64,000 nucleotides of DNA from Octopus vulgaris (Eukaryota): contig OX597825.1 in the NCBI GenBank assembly GCA_951406725.2, forward strand, positions 20,212,001-20,276,000, read 5' to 3'. The notes under the pieces are model-generated. The model was not told where the DNA came from and did no database searches. It saw nothing but the letters and a program-made list of their open reading frames with translations. Position numbers and translations under genes: made by a program. How positions within the stretch are numbered: position 1 is the first letter of the stretch; each line of letters begins with the position of its first letter. Shown here one piece after another: positions 40,955 through 55,473 of the stretch.

Positions 40955-42101
40955 TATATATATACAGAAAAATATTTAGGCATAATAAAAAATATCAGAA
41001 CCTAAAAATATACCACATATTTTCGGACATAATTTTTATACTGAATAAATTATATCTAAGCAAAAGAGTAATGCAGTTGTTTGATTGAGAGATTCTCTTC
41101 AGAAACTTGCTTGGTAGTGCCTAAAGAAGGTATTTTCTTAAAATGTATTTCAAAAGTATGGAGAGAAGTGCTAGGCATAATTCTAACTGAAACGTGGCGG
41201 GGTGCCGAATATCTCTGTTATACCTTTGTACAAAAGGTATAGAAGCGGTGGCTGGTTGTTTTCGTCAACATGGCATGTTGCAAACGTTAATAAAAGATGG
41301 ATGGCACAGCAGAAAGATGATAAGAAATAAGAAAGAAAGGCCTTAAATACTGCTTTAAGGAACCTCAACTCTCATCTTTGGAAGTTGGGGAGCATTTTTG
41401 ATATAAACAGTGAATACATGTGCTTGATTGCTTGTGTGTATGAAAATGATAAGATAGCATTTTTTATAAGAGGTTTATTTTTTGTGAAGAGCCGAATCAA
41501 AAATCTTAGCGATGTTTATTTAAATTTATCTATTGAATTATTTTTATAAATTTATTGTGTCCAAATATGACGATGTCAAAGTAGTTAATTAACGGAAAAT
41601 CTGCTACGCTGTGTCAAGTTGAATGATTTTTAAAGGGTTTTCTCTCATAATTTACCTTAAGGGCTTATTACATGCATTTAATAAACCAATTAGTCTATTG
41701 TAGTGATTTAACGCCAGCAGCTAAATACTTTTGATGTATAAGAAATGTTTGGGCGATTTTTCAAATAGCAGGAAAATTTTGAGTATTAAAAAGAGAGTAA
41801 ATTAATATGAAGGCTTTAGCTACTTCGAATGCCAATCTTTGATGTAATTTTGCGCAATAACATCAGGAACAAAATATGATCAAGACGATTTTATATGACC
41901 ATAAAATATCTGACGTTTAAATAAAAGGAGTTCAGTTTTTAAGCCTCAACTTCTTAATATTTAGATATTTTAATATTCAAATTTAGATCAAGCCTATTCT
42001 CTACGAAGATAAACACACCGAAGAAGATAAAAATATAAATTCATGCGTTTCATCAAAATTGTTAAGAAGACTAGAATTGTTATCGTCAGTTATTAAAGGT
42101 A

Positions 42102-42319
42102 CAGTATTCCCTCGACTATCGCGGGTGTTACGTTCCAACAACCCCCGCGATAGGTGAAAATCCGCGAAGTAGATACAGTACTGTACTATAATTATTTTTA
42201 TTTTTATAATTTCTATATATTTATTTTATTATAAATGTAAAACAACATCACGGAGGAATTGCCGTAAGCTTAAATAATAAACCGCGATAAGTGAACCGTG
42301 ATATGACGTGGGATCACTG
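42102..42319. mobile_element. pogo/Tigger-like MITE
   Basis: ta|cagtattccctcg...cgtgggatcactg|ta; same family as 55474-55695. Confidence 0.88.
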
Positions 42320-42367
42320 TACTGAATTTTGTCTTGGCTTAACAAGATTTCAACATTTTCCAATATT

Positions 42368-42582
42368 AAGGCGGTCCTCTGGTAGAATCGTTTACACGTA
42401 GGGCAAAATGGTCAGTGACATTGGGTCCGTCTTTACGTTCTGAATTCAAATACCGTGGATGTCGAATTTGTCTTTCGTCCTTTCAAGGTCGATAAAATAA
42501 TAGCCAGAGCACTGGAGTTGATGTAATCGACGTAACTTCTACCTAAAACTTGCTTGACTTGTGCCAACATTTGAAATCAGTA
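42368..42582 (+). mobile_element. SINE family B, old copy
   Basis: aaggcgg..gtagaatcgtttacacg..gttctgaattcaaat..cctttcaaggtcgataaaataa. Confidence 0.75.
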
Positions 42583-42824
42583 TTTCCAATGTTTTACTCT
42601 TCGTAATATCATTTTTCAGAGTAATAAATATTGCATTTCTTCAATGTTATTCCATCTCTAACTGCGTAATGCTAATTCTACTTTTAAGCGATTCTTTTTG
42701 TTTAAATATTTCCTGTGCATGCTACGTTTTCAACAGTATATAACGACCATTTGGAATGAGTTTCAGAGTCACGAAAGTTCAGAATATTAAATTTTTTGAT
42801 ATTTCAAGGCACATGCGTTTCTCT

Positions 42825-42870
42825 GGGTGGATTTGGTAGACAAAAAGTGAAAGAAGCCCGTCGTTTGTAC

Positions 42871-42957
<87 letters not shown>

Positions 42958-43182
42958 CTGTGTGTGTGTGTGTGTATCTGTGTGTGTGTGTATGTGTGTC
43001 TGTGTCTGTGTCTGTGTGTGTGAATTTGTGTACGTGTGTGTCCGTAGCTTAGCGGTTCGGCAAAAGGAACCGATGAAATAATTACCTGTCTTAAAATGAA
43101 TGTCCTGCGAGCGATTTCTCCGACTAGAATGCGGTGCTCCAGCATGGACGCAGTCAATTAAGGAAGCAAGTAAAAGAATAGA
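42825..43182 (+). mobile_element. SINE family A, 5'-truncated
   Basis: gtggatttggtagac..gaagcccgtcg, microsatellite, ttagcggttcggcaaaa..gcggtgctccagcatgg. Confidence 0.85.
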
Positions 43183-44129
43183 AGAATGGTGCAAGAAACC
43201 TTGATACCACTTAAAATTAGGTAATGTGCGAAAGATAGAGAGAGAAACACTTTTCTTTTGCAAACAGAATTTTTTGGAAATAATTGAATTCTCTTCGAAA
43301 TTTAAAAGAATATATTAAAAATAATCTGATATAAATAATATCAGTAATTATAATTTTTTTTAGAAATTATGAAGACTGGTTTGTGAAAATTAAATCAACG
43401 GCATTATCATTGATCTGGACTGATTCCTAAATCTAGTCATGAAATCACGAACCCTTTATCGTCTCTGTTTATCTCAAATTAGGTCATTCTATTCAGGTCA
43501 GAAAATTAAAGTCAACATAAAAAAATGACATAAACAAGATTGAGTTAAAGTATAAAATATTTAAATATGGCGTATCTCTTCATTTGCTAATTGGCTTAAT
43601 GGCAAAAACTGGGGACATATAAATGTAAAGTTAATTGGAATACAAAATTTTACATCAAATAGATTTCAAGTTTTGAGACGTCTGAATAATTAGTATTTTA
43701 TATTCAATAAGAACTAATATACAAATCTCTCCACTCGCCTTTAATTACCCAGATCGTCAGATATCTCTGCCATCAAAATATAATTTCCGGCAATAGTGCT
43801 GAAATGGTCATCATAAATATTAAGTCAAAATTCAGTAATCAAGAATATTTAATTTGGATACGGAGTAGGGAAAATAAAATATTTTTCCTTAATGAAATTC
43901 AGTAATAATTTTGTAACTAGAACTATGATTTCGTTCTGGACTTAGTACCAGTTTTCTATTGAAATATTTTATATATTTATTGTATCCAAAGCGTTTCCAC
44001 GTCTATGTTATTAATGTCCATGCCAATGTTGTTAATTAACTGTAAAATCTAATTACATAGTTTTTATTATCAACTTTCCACCAATCTCAATCAAATATAT
44101 ACATCGCCATGAAATGTACGAAATATACC

Positions 44130-44262
44130 CCCATACTATGAGTGGGCTGCTATTGAGAAAAACACCAACCGCTCTGCCTCCAGCACCAAGATCGAGCTGG
44201 TGACCAAAATCGAGGAGTTGTTCGAAGATCTTAACAGGAACTCAGTAAGGAACACATGCACC
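44130..44262 (+). mobile_element. Tc1/mariner-superfamily transposase C-terminal fragment
   Basis: YYEWAAIEKNTNRSASSTKIELVTKIEELFEDLNRNSVRNTC; resembles the region after SPDxNPxDY. Confidence 0.6.
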
Positions 44263-44600
44263 ATGAATTCCGGACTGAAAATCCTCCAGAACAGGTCAGC
44301 CTTTTAATTTTCATTGATGATCTGGGTTTCCCCGAGCACGTCGTCGTATTTACCCGCGAATAGTCCTCTACAGAACCCCTTGGTGGAACATCTAGCGACC
44401 ACATGGCTCAACTGGCAGGATGCTGTGTGCACCCCACGGAATTCTATTTCCCAGACGCACTGTCTCCGTCTCTATTTGATCCAGGACTGCAACTCAGTTT
44501 AAGTGACGATCTGGGGAGAAGCGGATCAACCAAGCGGCGATCGCACTGCTCACAGTTAACCAAACGCTTCGAGATGCCGCAGCCGCAATACGCATCCTTA
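44262..44600 (-). mobile_element. Probable L1/Tx1-like LINE ORF2 fragment
   Basis: GC-rich; minus LRLRHL..PQIVT*TELQSWIK*RRR..STKGFCRGLFAGKYDDVLGE with stops; assignment from recalled resemblance only. Confidence 0.45.
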
Positions 44601-44617
44601 GATATATTCAGTCGTCA

Positions 44618-44851
44618 AGACGGCGAGCAGGCAGAATCGTTAGCACGCCGGGCGAAATGCTTTGCAGTATTTCGTCCGCCGCTGCGTTCTAAGTTCAACT
44701 TCCGCTGAGGTCGACTTTGCCTTTCATCCTTTCGGGGTCGATTTAATAAGTACCAGTTACGCACTGGGGTCGATATAATCGACTTAATCCGTTTGTCTGT
44801 CCTTGTTTGTCCTCTCTGTGTTTAGCCCCTTGTGGGTAGTAAAGAAATAGG
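44618..44851 (+). mobile_element. SINE family B, full-length monomer
   Basis: cggcgagcaggcagaatcgttagcacgccgggcg..ttagccccttgtgggtagtaaagaaatagg. Confidence 0.92.
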
Positions 44852-45603
44852 TAATCAAGTATTCACGCTTGAATCTGCTAGAAGGTATAAAAAACGAAGA
44901 GATATTGGAATTGTTACTGTTCTAATGGCACCTCATGCATTATTATTCATTTGACCGACACCAGTATGCATCTGCAAATTATTTGACTGTTGGTTTCAAT
45001 AAACAAGAGCTTGAACTCTTGTTATAATGTCGGTCCGAGGAAGATTTCACTGATGAGAAAGAATAAGATCGAACACTCCGGTATCTCAAAGCCCCCTTAC
45101 GCCAGTAAATCATATGTATTATGAACACACATCATCCGAGGGCAAAAGCTATCCTCCGATGACGAAACACAAAAGCGATGAGATATTTGCATTCGAATTT
45201 CCCATAATGCACCACGAATAAATTAGGTACGATATTGTATTTTCTTTAGTTTTCACATTTATGGATTGTCAATAATTTTCGATACACTACACAAGTTGAC
45301 TGTATGTATAATATTTAATACAAAACTAACACATATTAATGTTCTGTAAGCCATATATACATCTAGTAATAACAAAAAAACATATTTCTATTATATTCCA
45401 CGTAATGGCTGCAGTCAGATTCCAAATGGCAATTTTCATATAGATATTTGCCATTAAGTATTAACACTTTACAACATACGTCTATATAAAAAAAAGTGTG
45501 TATACGCAAGTAATTTTATTGTATTGTTATTACTGTTATGTTGGTGAGTTGCACCTTGCTTATATAATATAATATAATATAATATGATAGGATATATATA
45601 TAT

Positions 45604-45665
<62 letters not shown>

Positions 45666-46150
45666 GTAAGCCTGTATCTATGTACGTATAACATTATACT
45701 ATATAATGTTATACTATAATGTATCATATTATATTATCTAGGCATATACAAATATATACATAGAGAGAGACGAGTGGAAAAGACAGAGAAAGTGAGACAG
45801 AGTGAGAGATACCAATATTTGTATTTAGCCAAGACATTGCATGCTTCATATAAATAAGGAACATGTGACTAATATAAGCTATAGAAATTCGTCCGATTAA
45901 TCCGATATTCGGGAATGAAACTCATAGTAACTCACGTTCAAATCCTATTCTTTTATTCTTTTATTCTTTTATTCTTTTACTTGTTTCATTCATTTGACTG
46001 CGGCCATGCTGGGGCACCGATAAAGCGAACAAATCGACCCCAGGACTTATTCTTTGTAAGCCTAGTATTTATACTATTATACTATCGGTCTCTTTTTCCG
46101 AACCGCTAAGTTATAGGGGGGGGCAGACACACACACACACACACACACAA

Positions 46151-46215
<65 letters not shown>

Positions 46216-46283
46216 CCGTTATACAAAGGGAAATTACTGTGTGATTGACCGTTATGAAGACAAAAGAGCTATTTGAATGACCG

Positions 46284-46384
<101 letters not shown>

Positions 46385-46536
46385 CAGTAATACATCAGTT
46401 TACGATACCATATTTACGATGCCCCGGATTCACAAGTTTTTTCGAGTTTTATTTTCTGTTTACGAGTTTTCGCTTTACGAGTGTACTCCGGTGTGGGAGA
46501 AGGGAACGAATTAATTCGTATGTCAAGGCATTACTG
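46385..46536. mobile_element. TA-flanked MITE (copy 1)
   Basis: ta|cagtaatacatcagtttacga...tcgtatgtcaaggcattactg|ta. Confidence 0.8.
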
Positions 46537-47025
46537 TATATGACAAGACAAGGACTAGTGTCGATTCCGTCTACTAAAATTCTCCAAGGCGTTGCTCCAG
46601 CATTGTCGCTGTCTAATGATTAAACAAAAAATAAAAGATTTAAAAAAATGATAAATGTACATAGTGTATTTCTTATTCCTTTATGGATAGGAATCAACCA
46701 CAAAAAATGTAATATATTCAACTACAAGTAAATATTTATATATATATATAAGACGGGCTTCTTTCAAATTCCGTCTAACAAATCCACTCACAAGGTTTAT
46801 ATTTAACAAGGCCCTATATTTCAGAAATATTTATTTGTAGTTGAATAAATTACATTTTTTGTGGTTGATTCCTATCCATAAAGGAATAAGAAATACACTA
46901 TGTACATTTATCATTTTTTTAAATCTTTTATTTTTTGTTTAATCATTAGACAGCGACAATGCTGGAGCAACGCCTTGGAGAATTTTAGTAGACGGAATCG
47001 ACACTAGTTGTTGTCTTGTCATATA

Positions 47026-47177
47026 CAGTAATGCCTTGACATACGAATTAATTCGTTCCATTCTCCCACACTGGAGTACACTCGTAAAGCGAAAGCTCGT
47101 AAACAGAAAATAAAACTCGAAAAAACTCGTGAATCCGGGGCATCGTAAATATGGTATCGTAAACTGAGGTATTACTG
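47026..47177. mobile_element. TA-flanked MITE (inverted copy 2)
   Basis: ta|cagtaatgccttgacatacga...tcgtaaactgaggtattactg|ta. Confidence 0.8.
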
Positions 47178-47279
47178 TAGCGGTCATTGAAATAGTTCTT
47201 TTGTCTTAATAATGGTCAAACACACAGTAATTTCCTTTTGTATAACGGTCATTTTTCATAGCATTTTTTCAGATGGCCG

Positions 47280-47340
47280 GATAACTGAAGAGATGGTGGC
47301 GTGGATTTCCACCTCGGCATCCGAGACTCCGAGTTTTATC
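47280..47340 (+). ncRNA. Degenerate type I hammerhead motif
   Basis: gataa CTGAAGA gatg..catc c GAGA ctccgag TT ttatc; 5-bp stem I, GAAA to GAGA. Confidence 0.65.
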
Positions 47341-47478
47341 ATGGCTACCGAATAATTGTCACATATTACATTTAGTAGAAGACACTTGACCAAGGTGCCA
47401 CGCAGTGGGACTGAACCCGGAACCATGTGGTTGGTAAACAAGCTACTTACCACACAGCCACTCCTGTGTATATATATA

Positions 47479-47565
<87 letters not shown>

Positions 47566-47964
47566 TACTCATCACTGTTTGTTATATCATTAACGGCGCA
47601 TTTTCTCCTATCATGAAACGTCTGCCAGTGGATTCTTGCTACAGACGAAGCCCAAAGTGGCAATAACGCTTATGGAGCAAGGCCACCACTGCTGCTGAAC
47701 AATTATCGTCTGCCCTGGTATTTTCACTTTTTTTAAACAATACGTCTAGAAGAGATATTATCTTGGGAGATTTATACCGGAGTACATCAGGCTTTTACTG
47801 TAAATATAATATGCAGCTTGCTATTTCAAACTAATTCGTCTTCTAATGCTCTTTGTAGAATTTCATTTTGGTAGTCTTCAAACATTTGCGTGATGCATTG
47901 GTATGTTCCTGAACCTGAGACACTTTCATACATATTTCTCAAATAATAAATAATAGAAATGTAG

Positions 47965-48033
47965 ATTACAATAATAATAATAATGATAATAATAATAATA
48001 ATAATAATAATAATAGTAGTAGTGACAATGACA

Positions 48034-48064
<31 letters not shown>

Positions 48065-48152
48065 CGAGGATGATGATGACGATAACGAGGATGATGATGA
48101 CGGGGATGATGATGATGATGATGATGATGACGATGACGAGGATGATGATGAC

Positions 48153-48184
<32 letters not shown>

Positions 48185-48422
48185 CGATGATGAGGATGAG
48201 GATGATGAAGATGATGATGACGATGAAGATGATGGCGATGATGATGACGACGACGATGGTAGTGGTGGTGGTGGTGGTTGTGCTGGTGGTGGTGGTGGTG
48301 GTTGTGCTGGTGGTGGTGGTGGTGGTGATGATGATTTCTTTTACTGGCCAATGAGGACTACATCAAAAACCGAAATACAACACAAGTAATGATAATAATA
48401 ACAACAATACTACTACTACTAC

Positions 48423-48491
<69 letters not shown>

Positions 48492-48497
48492 TAATAA
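47965..48497. repeat. Compound trinucleotide tract (AAT)n-(GAT)n-(GGT)n ... (ACT)n-(AAT)n
   Basis: Direct; source of the poly-His and poly-Met ORFs. Confidence 0.95.
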
Positions 48498-49206
48498 AAT
48501 CCAGTCAACAATAGAAAACACAAACATTTGGATTGAAGTTAGTTTTACAAATCAAAAATAGAAGAATGTAATTCATAATTCAAAGATATTTAGTTCAGAA
48601 AATATTGCAAGAAAAATACTTATTTTTCATATTTTGTTCCTAGCATTATTATTTATTTTCAAAATACGTCTCATTTTTTTATATTCCTTATCATTCTGTT
48701 TACTTATTTATAATTTTTTTTTTTTGGTTAGTAATATTTCATTTAAGTTTTGTTTTGTTCTTTTTTTTTTTCTAGTTTGTGTATTTTAGAGCGTGCCACA
48801 TCAAATAAGCAAAGCATTATTTTATTGGGTATATGATACATTTAATAAGACAGATTCAAGTGCTTTGGGAGAGCTTGGCACCACTTGGCCAGTCTACGTG
48901 GCAACACATGTCACAACCGGTGTCAAAATTGTCAAAATAGTATTTTTTTCTGAATCTCTTTTTCTTTAGAGCTTGCAATTTTCAAGAACACGTATATATA
49001 CACACACACACACACACATAAGCTCAGGTAATCATACTCATACACACACACACACGCACACACAAACACACACACATACACAAACATACACACACGCACA
49101 CACACACACATGAATTATTCTTCTCGATGAGTGTGTAGACTCTCTGGTGATATACATATACATATATATGCGTGAGTGTGTTTGTGTGTATATTTGTAGG
49201 TATTTA

Positions 49207-49255
<49 letters not shown>

Positions 49256-49302
49256 GTGTATATATATATAATACATATAATATATATATTATATATATAT
49301 AT

Positions 49303-49360
<58 letters not shown>

Positions 49361-49706
49361 TATATAGGTATATATTTGTATGTGTGTGTATGTATTGTAT
49401 ACGTATGTATATATACACACATTCAGAAAGACGCACGCACTATCATACCAACATGTGCAGGGGGACACATAAACCAATATCCTTTATAAAATTTGTCTCC
49501 CTATATCTCTCCCTCTTTCTCTCTCTCTCTCCCTCTTTCTCTCCCTCTTTCTCTCTCTCTCTCTCTCCCTTTTTCTCTCTCTCCCTCTTTCTCTCTCTCG
49601 CTCTCTCCGATATTTTCTATTAATATATATGTAATTACATAGATTCATGTGTGTCCAGATTTCTGTCTATATGTGTGTGTGTGTGTGTGTGTGTATTCCC
49701 ATATGG

Positions 49707-49755
<49 letters not shown>

Positions 49756-50309
49756 TGTGTGTGTGTGTGTGCATTTAGATTTACGAGCATGCATCGGAGT
49801 GAGTTTGAAATATTTATTATAATACGTTACATACAACTGACATAATTTGTAGAAATGTGATTTTCTGAACATAGGCGTTTGCAGCGGTATATACATAAAC
49901 AGACACACAGACAGATACATACATACGCACACACACACACACACATACACACACACACACACATACACACACACACAGAAAGGCAGACATAGACATAGGC
50001 ACATACACTCATATATATAGAGAGATATACTTATATGTATCAGTAATATATATATAGCATGGCCGCAGTCAAATGACTGAAACAAGTAAAACAGTAAAAG
50101 AGTAAAAGAATATATACATTGATACATACATACATGCACACATACATACGTACATACATACATACATACATACATACTAACATGCATACATACATACACA
50201 TACATACATACATACATACATACATACACATACATACATACATACATACATACATACATACATACATGCATACATACATACATACATACATACATATAAT
50301 TCGCCTGGT

Positions 50310-50700
50310 TTTACCTAGGATTTTAACTAAGGGCCTGTGCCTTCATGGAATTACCGACCAACATTCATAACCTCTGGAAAAAGATGAGTTATGAACATCA
50401 TTATCCTGCTTATATTCTTTTAACTTTACTCTGTATTCTTATATTTTATTCCTTGTAAACTTTGAATCTTATTCCCTGTAAAAAACCGTAACTTTTCTGT
50501 CTAAAATATTCATACCTTGTCTCTGATGACGGAATACCCAGTGAGTGGAAATACTAACCTACCGCTTATGTTATTCCTGAAACGGACTGCAAATTCACCT
50601 TACCCTAACTAAATTATTCTAAATGCCTTGAGATACTACTTCTGCCTTGGTCTTGATTTTTCCTCCTATATAATATATACCTGCTATAACGAAACCCTAA
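50310..50700 (+). mobile_element. PLE-LTR-like repeat; hammerhead 50519-50590 lacks the cleavage segment
   Basis: gtct CTGATGA c ggaata...tattcc t GAAA cg gactg; shares ttgtctctgatgacggaata with 61374-61431(-). Confidence 0.65.
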
Positions 50701-50884
50701 TACGGATCGCTAAATATACATACACACACATATATATATATACATATATGTGTGTGTGTGTGTGTTTGTGTGAGTGTGCAAACATGTGTATGTATATATA
50801 TATATATATATATAAATGTACACAGAGGGTGGGCGAGAGGGGGAGACAGATAAACATACTTAAGTATACTTACATATATATATA

Positions 50885-51301
50885 TACTCTTTACTCTTTT
50901 ACTCTTTTACTTGTTTCAGTCATTTGACTGCGGCAATGCTGGAGCACCGCCTTTAATCGAGCAACTCGACCAGGGACTTATTCTTTTGTAAGCCCAGTAC
51001 TTATTCTATCGGTCTCTTTTGCCGAACCGCTAAGTAACGGGGACATAAACACACCAGCATCGGTTGTCAAGCAATGCTAGGGGGACAAACACAGACGCAC
51101 AAACACACACACGCATATATATATATATACATATATACGACCGGCTTCTTTCAGTTTCCGTCTACCAAATCCACTCACAAGGCTTTGGTCGGCCCGAGAC
51201 TATAGTAGAAGACACTTGCCCAAGGTGCCACGCAGTGGGTCTGAACCCGGAACCATGTGGTTGGTAAACAAGCTACTTACCACACAGCCACTCCTGCGCC
51301 T
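50885..51301 (-). mobile_element. SINE family A, full length, little diverged
   Basis: Minus aggcgcaggagtggctgtgtggtaag..gggttcagacccactgcgtggcaccttgggcaagtgtc; inserted in (TA)n. Confidence 0.93.
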
Positions 51302-51351
51302 ATATATACATGTATGTATAAAAATATATACAAAAACACACCCGCACACAA

Positions 51352-51416
<65 letters not shown>

Positions 51417-51427
51417 TATCTACATAC

Positions 51428-51503
<76 letters not shown>

Positions 51504-51614
51504 CCCAGAGTAAGCACATAAATGTGAAACAAAGTGGAAAAAATAATACTCGAATACCGGAGGTAGATTAATATGATTTATTAATAAAGCTACAAAGACA
51601 TCACGTGCACACAA

Positions 51615-51669
<55 letters not shown>

Positions 51670-51976
51670 ATTTGGGTGACGAAAACATATATACTAATAC
51701 AGAAACAGGTCCGGAAAATGCCGAACACCGAGATGGTTTAACTGATGATGACTATGGATATTGCCGAAACTGACGACAATCTTAATAATTCTCGATCGGG
51801 ATCTTTCGGACAATTATGGTCCCTGTCATCGTGTTTGCCTTCATTAATGTGCGTTAAGTATAGCATTTAGTTCTTTTTTCTAGCAATGTACGTATCTTTA
51901 ACACCCTAGTCACATTTAGTGAGAATTATAAGTCTCAATTTTGGTTAACCAATGCAACCTGATATTTTTAAGGATG

Positions 51977-52074
<98 letters not shown>

Positions 52075-52124
52075 ACATAAATACAGAGAGAGTGAGATTA
52101 ACGCTTGTTTTTATGTTCATTTGT

Positions 52125-53020
52125 GTTGAGAATTTGACTTTAGGGTCAACACCACTAAAACCAACCCTATGACAGCGATATGCTGATGACACTTTTATAC
52201 TCTGGTCCCACCAGGAAGATGTCCAAATGCTGATAGCTCATGTAAACTCAATAAAGCCATCCATACAGTTCACAAAGGAAAAGAAAAAAGACAATCCGGT
52301 AGCATTCCTGGACGTATTAATAACACGCACCAAGCATAGATTCAGGACATCCGTATGCTGCAAGCCGACCTTCAATGGACGATACCTTAACTTCAATTCC
52401 CACCATCTACACAGTGTAAAGAGAGGGATTGCTCAGTGCCTAAAACAAGAATATAAGCAGCGATCGTAATACACACCACGAAGGAATGATCAAGCTCAGT
52501 AACAATCTATTAAGCAACAACTACCCCAAAAATATACTATCTAGTTCAATTATGACGAAAAGAGAGGATGAAACCAATAAACAGTCTACAGTCTGTCTAT
52601 CGTATGTGTAATGCCTCTCCGAAAAGATACAAAAGATATGCCGCCGATATGACATCAGGACAGTATTCAAGAGTAATACAACACTTTGCAAATACCTCCC
52701 TCGGGTAAAACCACCAATAGAAGAGAATATGAACAAAAACTGCGTGTACTGTATCCCATGAAGCTGTGGTAGATTATGCAAAGGTGAAACATGCCGCCCC
52801 CTCAAAATAAGGGTAGAGGACCATCGTGAAGCGATGAGACGAGGAGATATTGATAAAACGGGTATAGCTGATCATGTATGGAAAAATGGAGACCAAGACA
52901 CCTGATGAAGGCTGGAGTGTATTTTAGCCGAAACGTCGTGTAACAACAAACAAGATGAGGCCAAATATCCATCAAATGTAAATGATGTACATAATTCCTC
53001 ATCTCTTAAATATAGAACTG
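52125..53020 (+). mobile_element. Penelope-like element, 5'-truncated: RT C-half, GIY-YIG, LTR with hammerhead
   Basis: KPTL*QRYADDTFILW..HVNSIKPSIQFTKE..AFLDVLITR..KPTFNGRYLNFNSHH..KNCVYCIP*SCGRLCKGETCRPLKIRVEDH..IADHVW; stops and frameshifts. Confidence 0.92.
52898..52941 (+). ncRNA. Minimal type I hammerhead ribozyme, intact core
   Basis: acac CTGATGA a ggctgga gtgtat tttagcc GAAA cg TC gtgt. Confidence 0.85.
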
Positions 53021-53021
53021 C

Positions 53022-53128
53022 ATTCAGCGTAGGTTTCTCTATTTTCACTGATCTTCAGCTTTATGTTAACATCCGCTGGGCAGCTGATTTCCACAGCCGT
53101 ACACAGTTACTCTTCTCTATCTCAAATA
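53022..53128 (-). mobile_element. RLE-type LINE endonuclease fragment
   Basis: Minus I*DREE*LCTAVEISCPADVNIKLKISENRETYAE (EISCP-type restriction-like endonuclease motif). Confidence 0.7.
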
Positions 53129-54290
53129 TTTCTGTTTTGTTAGGTAGACACATTGTGTGACAGTATTTTCTCTACTTTCGCTATTATTGGATTTAATCCC
53201 CTTGCGTTGACAATATAAACGCCAAATGTACAAAGTCTTATATTTACATCATTTGTAATTGGGTGTGTAAACTTGTTTTCCCTCAAACGAATGTAGGTAG
53301 GGGATAAGTTTATGCAGGTTCTGTCTTCACTTGTTGCAATTTAGGGCATTTCTGACGTATATGTCCTGACTGTGCATGTGCGAGGATCGTTGTCTAACTC
53401 AAAAAGCCAATGCAACTAAATATTTTGCAAAAGACAACAACAGTCACTCCGAAAACTGACAATATCTATAAAAGCATCAGACAGTATCATAATAATGAGG
53501 ATTTTCCGGCATAAGATATTTATCAGTAAGCTTTTTTTAAACAACTATCTAAAAATATATAGGATGAATTTGAAGAATCATGAAACCCGAGATGCATTCC
53601 CGTTTCTGATTAGACGAAGGAGCAAATTTACACCAATTACGCCTTATTATCCTTATAAGACTGTATACTAAAACACCTAATCCGATTTCTTCTTATTATA
53701 AATTCACTTATTAATGATCCTCAATGACAAATTTTTAATCACTCCAAAACATGAGATGTTAAAAATAATTGATATTCAAAAATAAAAAAAAACCCTCAAC
53801 GGTAACATTCGCAAGTCTGGCAAATTTCAAAACAAGATTAAAATACTATACGTTGTTTATGATATGTATGTAGCAGGAAGCCTTGATCTCAATAAGAAAT
53901 CTTATTTTGACCATTAACCTCTGGCTAAATAAACTTGAAAGAAGAGACATGACAGAGGCTCTATGATTCTATACTTTCATTCTCCAGGATCAATCGCTTC
54001 CAATAAAGACACTACGTTAGCTTTGGTCTAATTAAATGCTGTCACCATTTATCTAGTGCTTCAGGTTGGCAGTATTTTTTTTTCTTTATTGTCTGTACTC
54101 CCATCAAGGAGTCACACAGAAAGGTCAAATGTTGTACTGTTGTTTAATGAAACTTGAAGCAAATCATATACGGAGATTGCTTTATTAGTTATGTCTATTA
54201 TTAACACAGACATATAAGTGTAAGTAGCTTTGTAAGCAATAGTATGTATGCATATACACGTGTACACACGCATATACATCCGTCTATATA

Positions 54291-54335
<45 letters not shown>

Positions 54336-54593
54336 GTATGTATGTATGTATATATACATATATGTATATATGTATATGTATGTATATATTTATTTATATA
54401 TAGAGAGAGAAGGAGAGAAAGGGAGAGAGAGATGTATATGTATATATATATATGTATATATATCTATATATATATATATGTATGTATATATCTATCTATC
54501 TATACATATAGATTTATAGATATAGCTATAGATATAGATATAGATATATATATGCATACATAGACCTACATATAATACACGCACGCAGCATAT

Positions 54594-54659
<66 letters not shown>

Positions 54660-55225
54660 GTATGTTCGGCTTCATCGATAGTCTGATAAACGCAAGCAAG
54701 CCGAAAGTTTGAAGTCAATGTCAACCTTTTATTTGTAAAAGTCAATATCTGTGTGTGTTTATGTATGTATGTATGTATGTATGTATGTATGTATGTATGT
54801 ATGTATGTATGTATGTATGTATGTATGTATGTATGCATGCATTATGTATGTATTTACGTATGTATGTATGTATAAATCGTGTGTGCTATTTACTGTCAAT
54901 AAAGAAAACAAGCTCATTCCTATTCTGAAGCAAGTTTTATTATGTTTATCAGAACATTCAAAGTTTCGAAGTTACACATAGCTTCATCTGGGTTGGGAAT
55001 CGTCAGATGGGAAAATTACGTAACACTGAAGCAGTACTTGTAAAATACTTACTATACTCAGGGAATTATCCTTCGTAAGAGTTTTTGATAGTTTCTAGGT
55101 ACTTAAATTTAGGATTGTGTCTCTGCGTGTAATTTAGAATGTGCTGGCTGTTTACCGATATAAATTTGTTTAATCATGGTTTCTTGCAGCCGGGAGTAAA
55201 ATGCGGTTAAATATATTTAAGTAGG

Positions 55226-55441
55226 TAGGCGGCAGAATCGTTAGCACGCCGGGCGAAATGCTTAGCGGTATTTCGTCTGCCATTACCTTCTGAGTTCGAC
55301 TTTGCCTTTCATCCTCTCGGGATCGATTAAATAAGTACCAGTTACACACTGAGGTCGATATAATCGACTTAATCCGTTTGTCTGTTCTTGTTTGTTTGTC
55401 CTCTCTGTGTTTAGCCCCTTGTGGGTAGTAAAGAAATAGGT
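55226..55441 (+). mobile_element. SINE family B with small internal deletions
   Basis: aggcggcagaatcgttagcacgccgggcg..gtaaagaaatagg. Confidence 0.9.
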
Positions 55442-55473
55442 TATGTCTATAAAGGTAGAATAAAAATGACATA

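Noticed and set aside
45046-45086. ctgatgag..gatcgaacactccgg hammerhead-like motif
   Set aside because: Stem II and stem I do not pair
47926-48354. Poly-His / poly-Met ORFs
   Set aside because: Translation of a (GAT)n compound repeat; no splice or domain support
51762-51780. Region downstream of ctgatgatgac..gccgaaac (51742-51775)
   Set aside because: Core boxes present but stems I and III cannot be formed; too degraded to call
54677-54722. ctgataa..gccgaaa..gtc possible hammerhead relic
   Set aside because: Core mutated and stem III unpaired; plausible relic but unsupported
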